From contig CAZDGR010000003.1 of NCBI GenBank assembly GCA_964504845.1, positions 1 to 39,304 on the forward strand: a DNA stretch of 39,304 bases, given 5' to 3'. The notes beneath the pieces are model-generated. The model did no database searches. It worked only from the letters and a program-made list of their open reading frames with translations, and was not told the DNA's origin. Source of the DNA: an uncultured Rhizobium sp. GTDB taxonomy: Bacteria > Pseudomonadota > Alphaproteobacteria > SHVZ01. The position numbers and the translations under genes are program-made. This document shows positions 26,678-33,344 of the stretch, one piece after another; position 1 is the stretch's first letter, and every line of letters begins with the position of its first letter.

Positions 26678-26706
26678 TTGACACGGTGCGCAACCTCGGG
26701 TAACTA
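26678..26706 (+). promoter_or_regulatory. Sigma-70-like promoter (TTGACA-N17-TAACTA)
   Basis: A perfect -35 hexamer at 26678-26683, a 17-nt spacer, and TAACTA at 26701-26706. The predicted transcription start is about 26713/26714. Confidence 0.5.
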
Positions 26707-26712
26707 CGCCGC

Positions 26713-26855
26713 CATGTTCGCGTCGACGCACGTCTGCATCCTTAAGGAAGCCATGGTTCCGGCCACGGCCCTGGGGGTACGCGCGCGCTAATCCTACCGA
26801 CGCAAACGCGAGCTTCCCCAGGGCCCCGACGGCAACGTCGGGGCCCTTTCGTTTT
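26713..26855 (+). ncRNA. Candidate cis-regulatory leader (attenuator or riboswitch-like) or a roughly 140-nt sRNA preceding the ABC operon
   Basis: Bounded by the promoter-like element and a perfect terminator. A 10-bp long-range helix, GGCCCTGGGG (26767-26776) with CCCCAGGGCC (26816-26825), competes with the terminator 5' arm over 5 nt. Confidence 0.45.
26821..26855 (+). terminator. Rho-independent terminator
   Basis: GGGCCCCGACG-gcaa-CGTCGGGGCCC, an 11-bp perfect stem with a GNRA-like loop, followed by TTTCGTTTT. It ends 13 nt before ATG 26869. Confidence 0.8.
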
Positions 26856-26868
26856 ACGGAGCGGTGTC

Positions 26869-27855
26869 ATGTCCGAGGTCGCCATCGTCGTCGAGAACCT
26901 GGCCAAGAGCTTCCGTGCGCGCAGTGCCGGCGGGCTCAAGGGGCTGTTCGCGCGCTCGGCCATGACCGAGGTCGCCGCGGTTCGCGGCATCTCGTTCCAG
27001 ATCCGGCCGGGCGAGCGCGTCGCCTTCATCGGCCCGAACGGCGCCGGCAAGTCGACGACGCTCAAGATGCTGACCGGGATCCTGACGCCGACCTCCGGCC
27101 ATGCCGAGGTCGCGGGCTACGTGCCGTGGATCGAGCGGCGGAAGCTCGCGCAACGCATCGGCATCCTGTTCGGCCAGCGCTCGCAGCTCTGGTACCGCCT
27201 GCCGGTGAAGGACAGCCTCAGGCTGATCGCGCGGATCTACGGGCTCGACCGAGCTCAGGCCGAGGCGCGGCTGTCGAGGCTCGCCTCGACGCTGGCGATC
27301 GGCGATCTGGTCGAGCGTCCGGTGGCGCAGCTCTCGCTGGGCCAGCGCCTTCGCTGCGAGATCGCGGCGGCGCTGATGCATGCGCCGCCGATCCTGCTGC
27401 TCGACGAGCCGACCATCGGCCTCGACGTCTCGGCCAAGGCGAGCCTGCGCGACCATCTGATCCAGCTCTCGACCGAGGAGGGGACGACGATCCTCTTGAC
27501 CTCGCACGACACCGGCGACATCGAGCGGATCTGCGAGCGCGCGCTGGTCATCGACAAGGGCCTGCTGCTGCTCGACCAGCCGCTGGCGGCGCTCCGCGCC
27601 CAGCATCTCCGTCACCGGCTGGTGACGCTGATGACCGAGGAGGAGCGTCCGGCGCTCGACCTTCCCGGTGTCGCCGTCGCCGCCCACGAGCCGCACCGTA
27701 CCTCGTTCGCGGTCGATCTCGACCTGATCCAGGTCGAGCGCGTCGTCGCGACCGCCTTGGAGCGCTTCTCGGTCAAGGACCTGGCGATCGAGAACCCGCC
27801 GCTCGACGATGTGATCCGCGACATCTACCGGCGAGGGGAGGCGCGCGCTGCGTGA
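26869..27855 (+). CDS. ABC transporter ATP-binding protein (COG4586-like)
   Basis: Walker A 'GPNGAGKST', signature 'LSLGQRLR', Walker B 'LLLDEPTIGLD'. GGAG ribosome-binding site 7 nt upstream. Confidence 0.92.
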   Translation: MSEVAIVVENLAKSFRARSAGGLKGLFARSAMTEVAAVRGISFQIRPGERVAFIGPNGAGKSTTLKMLTGILTPTSGHAEVAGYVPWIERRKLAQRIGILFGQRSQLWYRLPVKDSLRLIARIYGLDRAQAEARLSRLASTLAIGDLVERPVAQLSLGQRLRCEIAAALMHAPPILLLDEPTIGLDVSAKASLRDHLIQLSTEEGTTILLTSHDTGDIERICERALVIDKGLLLLDQPLAALRAQHLRHRLVTLMTEEERPALDLPGVAVAAHEPHRTSFAVDLDLIQVERVVATALERFSVKDLAIENPPLDDVIRDIYRRGEARAA

Positions 27856-28637
27856 ACGACACTCTGCACGCGCTCGCCGCCTTCGCGCGGCTGGGATGGC
27901 GCGAGACCGCGTCCGACCGCTTCGGCTTGGCTGCGCGGGTGATCCTTTATTCGTTGCCGGTGCTGATCTACAGCGCTATCTGGCAGGCGACGCCGCTCGC
28001 CGGCTCGGGTGTCGGCGCCGAGGAGGCCACCTGGTACGTGATGGCGACCGAGGCGATCATCTTCGCGCCGGGCTACGTCTTTCGCGAGGTCGAGGAGGAC
28101 ATCCGCACCGGCGCGATCGAGGCGGCGCTGACCCGACCGGTCGACTACGCGCTGGCAAGGATCGCCGAGGAGGCGGGCGGCACGCTGCTGCGCCTGGCGG
28201 TGCTCGGAACCTATGGCGGCATCCTCGCCTGGACCGTGACCGGCATGGTGCCGTTCGCGTGGACGGCCTTGCCCGCGGTGTGGGCTGCAGCCGGCTTCGG
28301 CGCGCTGATCGCCCTCCTGGTGCAGGTGGTGATCGGGTTCCTGACCGTCTGGGCCGGCAATCCCGCGCCCGCGTACTGGATCTGGCAGAAGCTCGTCTTC
28401 GTGCTCGGCGGGCTGTTCCTGCCGCTGACGCTCTATCCGGCGTGGCTCGCCGACATCGGCCGGCTGACGCCTTGCGCTGCGATCCTGTTCCATCCGGCGA
28501 GCCTGGTGTTCGACGCCTCGCCGGCGGCGATCGTGCATGTCCTGTCGTGGCAGGCGCTGTGGCTTACCGCCGCGGCGATGCTGGTCGCGGCCGTCGCGGG
28601 CGCCGCGACGCGACGTCTCGTGCGAGAGGGGATCTAG
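27852..28637 (+). CDS. ABC-2 family permease (DUF990/ABC2_membrane_6-like)
   Basis: GTG 27852 overlaps the ATPase stop (GTGA). 261 aa polytopic protein. It is the real tail of ORF 27126..28637. Confidence 0.8.
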   Translation: MNDTLHALAAFARLGWRETASDRFGLAARVILYSLPVLIYSAIWQATPLAGSGVGAEEATWYVMATEAIIFAPGYVFREVEEDIRTGAIEAALTRPVDYALARIAEEAGGTLLRLAVLGTYGGILAWTVTGMVPFAWTALPAVWAAAGFGALIALLVQVVIGFLTVWAGNPAPAYWIWQKLVFVLGGLFLPLTLYPAWLADIGRLTPCAAILFHPASLVFDASPAAIVHVLSWQALWLTAAAMLVAAVAGAATRRLVREGI

Positions 28638-28641
28638 TCCG

Positions 28642-29427
28642 ATGTCGGCGACATTCGGGTATCTCGCGGCCCTGCTCGCGACGAACCTCCGGGCCGCCTT
28701 CAGCAATCCCCTGCAGGCGGTCTCGCAGCTTGCGCTGATGGTGTTGAACAACCTGATCTTCCTGCTCGTCTGGGTGCTCTACTTCGAGCGCTTCCCGGAG
28801 CTCCGCGGCTGGGGCCGCGCGGACGTGGCGATGCTCTACGGCGTCACTGCCTTCGGCTTCGGGCTCATGGTGGCGCTGGCCGGCGGCATGCGCGACCTCG
28901 CGCGCACGATCGTCGACGGGTCGCTCGACGTGCATCTCGGGCGGCCGCGCCATCCGCTGCCCAGCCTCCTGATGTCGCGCTCGGTCCCGGCGGGATTCGG
29001 CGACGTCGCCAGCGCCTTCGTGATCTGGCTCTGGTTCGCCGAGCGCAGCGTCTCCGATCTGCCGCTGCTGGTGCTGCTGTCGCTCGCGGCGGGAACGGTG
29101 ATGACGGCGACGACGACGGCCGCGCAATGCGTCGTGTTCTGGTGGCCGGGCGTGCTGCGCCTCGCCGAGCAGTTCTGGGAGGTGATCCTGATGATCACGA
29201 TCTATCCCCAGCACGTGTTCGGTCCGGTTATCCGGCTCGTGCTGTTCACCGTGCTGCCGGTCGCCTTCATGTCGCAGGTGCCGGTCGAGGCGATCCGCGA
29301 GGGCGATCCGCTCAAGATGCTCGCGGTGGTCCTGGCGGCGTTCGTTTACGGCGCGCTCGCGATCGCCATCTTCGACCGGGGCCTGCGGCGCTACCAGTCG
29401 GGCAACCAGATGGTGGTGAACCGCTGA
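28642..29427 (+). CDS. ABC-2 family permease (second subunit)
   Basis: ATG 28642 (MSATFGYLAALLATNL..) lies 4 nt after the previous stop. 261 aa polytopic protein. Confidence 0.8.
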   Translation: MSATFGYLAALLATNLRAAFSNPLQAVSQLALMVLNNLIFLLVWVLYFERFPELRGWGRADVAMLYGVTAFGFGLMVALAGGMRDLARTIVDGSLDVHLGRPRHPLPSLLMSRSVPAGFGDVASAFVIWLWFAERSVSDLPLLVLLSLAAGTVMTATTTAAQCVVFWWPGVLRLAEQFWEVILMITIYPQHVFGPVIRLVLFTVLPVAFMSQVPVEAIREGDPLKMLAVVLAAFVYGALAIAIFDRGLRRYQSGNQMVVNR

Positions 29428-29437
29428 GGAGGCCGGC

Positions 29438-30154
29438 TCAGAAGCGCGTCGTCAGCTCGGTGAGCCAGGCGGGCGAGGCGTCGACCAGCGCCGCCTCGAT
29501 CCGCTTGTCGACGCCGGTGAGGATCGACGCGCCGATCAGGAGAAGGAGCACGCCCATGGCGACCTTGCCGCCGCTGCCGGCGGCCAGCAGGCGGCCGCGC
29601 CAGCGCGTCAGCGCCTCGCGCGACATCGTCCCGATCGCCAGAAGCGGCAGCGCCGCGCCGATGCCGAAGGCGAACATCGTCAGGGCGACGCCCGCGAGAT
29701 TCTCGGAACGGGCCGCGAGCACCGACGCCGCGCCCAGGGTCGGGCCGACGCACGGGCTCCACACGGCGCCGAGCACGAAGCCCGCGCCGAACTGGCCGGC
29801 GAGCCCGCGCGTCGACAGGCTGTCCGTCCGCTCGGCGATCCAGTTGCCGGCCGGCCCGGCGGCCGTGGCGACGCGCAACGCCATGCCGGGCACCGCCAGC
29901 GTGGCGCCCACCGCGATCAGCAGCACCGCCGCGACCGACCGGAACAGCTCCTGGTCGAGCCCGATCGAAAACCCGATCGTGGCGACGAAGAGGCCGATCG
30001 CGACGAAGGAGAGCGCCAGCCCCGCGGCAAGCGCCGCGGGGCCGAGACGGTGCTCGCCGACCGCGGCGGCGACCACGATCGGCACCAGCGGCAGGACGCA
30101 GGGCGACAGCGTTGACAGCAGCCCGGCGAGCAGCGCCAGCGCGAGGCCGGTCAC
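29438..30154 (-). CDS. ccdA: Cytochrome c biogenesis CcdA / DsbD-like thiol-disulfide transporter
   Basis: 'LSTLSPCVLPLVP' and a second Cys in 'WSPCVGPTL'. 238 aa membrane protein. Confidence 0.88.
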   Translation of the reverse strand: MTGLALALLAGLLSTLSPCVLPLVPIVVAAAVGEHRLGPAALAAGLALSFVAIGLFVATIGFSIGLDQELFRSVAAVLLIAVGATLAVPGMALRVATAAGPAGNWIAERTDSLSTRGLAGQFGAGFVLGAVWSPCVGPTLGAASVLAARSENLAGVALTMFAFGIGAALPLLAIGTMSREALTRWRGRLLAAGSGGKVAMGVLLLLIGASILTGVDKRIEAALVDASPAWLTELTTRF

Positions 30155-30160
30155 GGGGGG

Positions 30161-30553
30161 CTAGATCGACTTCGCGACCAGCGCCTCGATCGACGCGGCA
30201 TTGGTGTCGCCGGTCGAGCGGCCCATCTCCGCCTTGCCCTTGAAGACGATCAGCGTGCTCTGCTTCTGCACGTTGAACTTCCGCAGCAGCTCCTTCTGCG
30301 AGTCGAAGTCGATGTTGAACGACACGAGATCCTTGTACTTGGACTCGTCGCGGAGCTTCGCCAGGATCGGTGCCTGCGCCTTGCAGACCGGGCACCAGGG
30401 GGCCGAGACGTCGACCAGGATCGGCTTGCCTGCGGCCTGCGCGGCGTCGAAGGCCTGCTGGTCGAAAGGCTTGCCCATGCCGGCGAAGCCGAGGGAAGCC
30501 GTGGAAAGAATGGCGGCCACGGCGAAGGCCGCCAGGAGCTGGCGTCGGTTCAC
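30161..30553 (-). CDS. Periplasmic thioredoxin-fold protein
   Basis: 'DVSAPWCPVCK'. GTG 30553 is preferred (GGGAGA ribosome-binding site 7 nt upstream, giving MNRRQLLAAFAVAAIL...). The ORF is open back to 30604. Confidence 0.85.
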   Translation of the reverse strand: MNRRQLLAAFAVAAILSTASLGFAGMGKPFDQQAFDAAQAAGKPILVDVSAPWCPVCKAQAPILAKLRDESKYKDLVSFNIDFDSQKELLRKFNVQKQSTLIVFKGKAEMGRSTGDTNAASIEALVAKSI

Positions 30554-30666
30554 GTTGATATCTCCCTGGAAACTTGGGTTCGGACACCAACCGGTTCGCT
30601 TCATCCGGCGCCCAGGTTACCGGAGGGCGTCGATCACAAACGCATGATCGCCGCTTCCCGACACGC

Positions 30667-31248
30667 TCACGCTCCCGCGTAGTAGTCCGTCGCCCATTTG
30701 AACACGGCGAGTCCCGCCGCCTCGGCGGCGGCGAGATCGGCGTCGTTGCGGCCGACCATGATCGTCTCGCCGGGCATCAGGCTGTGCTCGGCGAGGAAGC
30801 GGGCGATCGATCCAGTGATCGCCTCGGTGTAGCCGGCGGCGGGAAGCCAGCGGATCGTCATCGGCCTGTCGCCGAGATGCCTCTCGGCACCCGGGACCCA
30901 GGCGCCCGGGCGGCGGTCGATCAGCAGCAGTACTTTGGGCTCGCCTAATGTCGCGAACTTGCGCCGCACCTCGGCCTTGCGCACGTCGACCGTGCCCGGC
31001 GCGAACACCAGCGCCGAGAGGCGCCGGCCGCGATCCATCAGCACGCTGGTGAATTCGCGATAGGTCACGCCGAGCGATTCCGCCTGCGCCAGGCGGCGAA
31101 GCGCGATCTCGCGCGGCGGCGTCTTCCAGGCCTTGGTCGAGGCGCGCCGCCACAGCAGCGCGTTCGAGGTGAGCTCGAGCGGCGGCCCGCCATTGTGGCC
31201 GATCTTCGCCCGGCTCGACGGCTCCAGCTTCACCAGCGTGCGGGTCAC
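30667..31248 (-). CDS. Hypothetical protein with N-terminal 'IGHNGGPPL' motif and a possibly degenerate HAD-like C-terminus
   Basis: 193 aa. 4-nt overlap with the upstream XRE-cupin gene. 'GETIMVGRNDADLAAAEAAGL' resembles HAD motif IV, but no DxD nucleophile motif was seen. Confidence 0.55.
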   Translation of the reverse strand: MTRTLVKLEPSSRAKIGHNGGPPLELTSNALLWRRASTKAWKTPPREIALRRLAQAESLGVTYREFTSVLMDRGRRLSALVFAPGTVDVRKAEVRRKFATLGEPKVLLLIDRRPGAWVPGAERHLGDRPMTIRWLPAAGYTEAITGSIARFLAEHSLMPGETIMVGRNDADLAAAEAAGLAVFKWATDYYAGA

Positions 31249-31850
31249 GCGCTCCTCCCGAAGCCGGGAAGGCGGATGATGATGACCAGGTACTCGGCGG
31301 TGTCGGGGCCGGGGTTGAAGTACCAGCTGTCGGCGGCCTCGGGCAGGCGCAGGCAGTCGCCGGCCTCGAGGTCGAACACGCGCGCACCGTTGCCGAAGCG
31401 GAGCTTGCCCTTCAGCAGCAGGATGTGATGGTCGGTGCTGGCGTAGGAGAAGGCGGGATAGGCCACGCGCGCGCCTGCCGGCAGCTCGACGCGCACGATG
31501 TTCTGGCTCGATCCGGTGTTCGGCGGCGCCACGTCGCGACGGATGTAGCCGGTCTCGGGATCGCGCCAGAGAGGCTGGCGGCCGAAGCGGGCGACCGGCT
31601 CGACCGGCCCCTCGACCTCGGCGAAGAGGGAGGAGAGCGAAACGTCGAGCCCGGCGGCGAGGCGACCCAGCACCATCGCGGTCGGGCTCGATTCGCCGCG
31701 CTCGATGCGCGAGATCATCGCCCGGCTGACGCCGGAGGCCTCGGCCAGCTCGTCCAGCGTCTGGCCGCGGGCGGCGCGCGCGGCAGCGAGCCTCTCGGCC
31801 AGCTTCGTCTCCAGCGTATCAGGTCCCGCCTTGGGCTTCGGAACAGCCAT
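31245..31850 (-). CDS. XRE-family HTH transcriptional regulator with C-terminal cupin domain
   Basis: HTH in 'LDELAEASGVSRAMISRIERGESSPT', followed by a cupin-like beta region. 201 aa. Confidence 0.88.
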   Translation of the reverse strand: MAVPKPKAGPDTLETKLAERLAAARAARGQTLDELAEASGVSRAMISRIERGESSPTAMVLGRLAAGLDVSLSSLFAEVEGPVEPVARFGRQPLWRDPETGYIRRDVAPPNTGSSQNIVRVELPAGARVAYPAFSYASTDHHILLLKGKLRFGNGARVFDLEAGDCLRLPEAADSWYFNPGPDTAEYLVIIIRLPGFGRSA

Positions 31851-31916
31851 GGGAGGGAATTCTAATATAGTGGAACAGCGCCCGGCAAGCGGTCCGGCCC
31901 CGCTCCAAGGCCTTCG

Positions 31917-32153
31917 TCAGCTGGCGACGTCGATATGGCGCTTCAGGAACTCGTCCAGCTGCTTCTGCAGGCTTTCGACCCGGGCCTTGGCCTCGTTGGC
32001 GCGCTCGAAATCGCCCGTGGTCGGGCCGCCGAATCCGACCTCGCCGGTCGCCTTCTTCACCAGGACGCCGTGCAGCTCCATGTACTCGCCCTGGGCGAGG
32101 CTGAGCGCGTCGCAGAGGCGTTCCCATTCCTCGCAGGATTCATTGTTGTCCAT
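31917..32153 (-). CDS. Small hypothetical protein (78 aa, helical/coiled-coil-like)
   Basis: GGAG 7 nt upstream of ATG 32153 (MDNNESCEEWERL..). The ORF is open back to 32177. Confidence 0.5.
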   Translation of the reverse strand: MDNNESCEEWERLCDALSLAQGEYMELHGVLVKKATGEVGFGGPTTGDFERANEAKARVESLQKQLDEFLKRHIDVAS

Positions 32154-32346
32154 CGGACGCTCCGTCGTTCTCCCCACTTAAGGCCGGGACGACGGGCCCG
32201 GTTGCGGGCCGGCGCGGGCTTCTCAAGGAATTATCAAGGCCGTCTCGGGGACAAATGAAGGGCGCCTGAAAGTCTTCCAGCCCGGGTGCCGGCATCCTCC
32301 TCTCATCGAACGCGGCAGTCGCGGTCGAGAACCGAAGGAGGAAACA

Positions 32347-32574
32347 ATGTCCGTCGCCATCCAGATGCCCGCAGCGATCGCCCCGGTCTCCGCCCCCCGG
32401 AAGCCCGTCGCCGCCGGTGCCGTCTTCGCCAAGGCCGTCGACTTCGTCCGCGCCGCCCTGATGCCGAGCCACGCCGAGCGCCAGGCCAAGGACGTCGACA
32501 TCGTCTCGGTCAGCCGCTGGAACGGCCATGGCCGGAACAGCGTCGGCTGGAACGACATCGGCTACCGGATCTGA
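32347..32574 (+). CDS. Small hypothetical protein (75 aa)
   Basis: Strong AAGGAGGA ribosome-binding site 6 nt upstream of ATG 32347. Confidence 0.55.
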   Translation: MSVAIQMPAAIAPVSAPRKPVAAGAVFAKAVDFVRAALMPSHAERQAKDVDIVSVSRWNGHGRNSVGWNDIGYRI

Positions 32575-32615
32575 ACCGCACCCCACCCACGAACCCCGAG
32601 AAACAGGAGCACCCG

Positions 32616-32855
32616 ATGTCCGCCATCTCTTCCTTCGTCGACGCACCCGCCGCCCGGCGCCCCGCGCCGATGTCCTTCCGCCAGGTCGTCGCCGGCTTCG
32701 TCTCCCATATTTTTGCCGCGAAAGCGTTGCCCGACGTCGACGACATGCCGGAGGGCGACCGCCGCGTCCTGAGCCAGAGCGACTACGAGCGGTGCGTGAT
32801 GCAGTATGGCTCGCCTTGGAACGAGATCAGGTGCCGCGCCGGTGTGTGGAGGTGA
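32616..32855 (+). CDS. Small hypothetical protein (79 aa)
   Basis: AGGAG ribosome-binding site 6 nt upstream of ATG 32616 (MSAISSFVDAPAARR..). Loosely similar at the N-terminus to the preceding small ORF. Confidence 0.5.
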   Translation: MSAISSFVDAPAARRPAPMSFRQVVAGFVSHIFAAKALPDVDDMPEGDRRVLSQSDYERCVMQYGSPWNEIRCRAGVWR

Positions 32856-32871
32856 CTCCCGATGCCGAGGC

Positions 32872-32902
32872 GGGAGCGATGCGGCGCAAGCGCATCGCTC
32901 CC
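32872..32902. terminator. 12-bp perfect hairpin between convergent genes (bidirectional terminator-like, no U-tract)
   Basis: GGGAGCGATGCG-gcgcaag-CGCATCGCTCCC. Confidence 0.45.
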
Positions 32903-32907
32903 GGCCG

Positions 32908-33324
32908 TCAGCCCGGGATGCCAGCCTTGCGCATGCCGTCGATATAGACGCCGGCCTTCGGATTCTGGAATGCGGCGTATCCGGTGCTCATCGAGGATAC
33001 GATGGAATAGCCGGGATCGAGCTCTAGGACCTGTCGAGCCGCCTCCCGAGCCTTCCCCATCTGTCCGAGGTGGGCATAGCAGGCGGCCAGGACGCGGTAC
33101 GGCGCCGAGATTTGTCGATGCTCGCCAAGAGACCTGTTTGCATGATGATCGGCTTCGCGCACATGTTCGAGGAGCGCTTCGAAAGGGCCATCGATTGTGG
33201 AGACCAGGAGGTCGAAGACCTGCGGCTCGATGGAGACAAGACCTTCGCCTCGGCGCAGCTCACGCCGCGCCAGGTCGAGGACATTGCCTTCGAAGACGAA
33301 ACGCACCGCCGCCTGCCCCGTCAT
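32908..33324 (-). CDS. Truncated winged-helix/TPR paralog (internal-deletion remnant, possibly a pseudogene)
   Basis: 138 aa. The N-terminal about 42 aa (FEGNVLDLARRELRRGEGLVSIEPQVFDLLV) match the start of the two upstream paralogs. The last about 65 aa (YAHLGQMGKAREAARQVLELDP...MRKAGIPG) match their C-terminal TPR end. The recognition-helix region and the central domain are missing. Confidence 0.6.
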   Translation of the reverse strand: MTGQAAVRFVFEGNVLDLARRELRRGEGLVSIEPQVFDLLVSTIDGPFEALLEHVREADHHANRSLGEHRQISAPYRVLAACYAHLGQMGKAREAARQVLELDPGYSIVSSMSTGYAAFQNPKAGVYIDGMRKAGIPG

Positions 33325-33344
33325 TGCCGCGGAAAAACTCTACG

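Noticed and set aside
26713-26855. Assigning the ABC-operon leader to a known riboswitch class (ykkC/guanidine-I, mini-ykkC, ZTP, c-di-GMP-I, yybP, cobalamin)
   Set aside because: Only fragmentary resemblances are present (GGUUCCGGC, GACGCAAA). The diagnostic cores GGUCCGAGAG, ACGG.GGGA, CCGCCUGGGC, GCCACUG and GGGGAGUAG are absent. I therefore left it as an unclassified leader.
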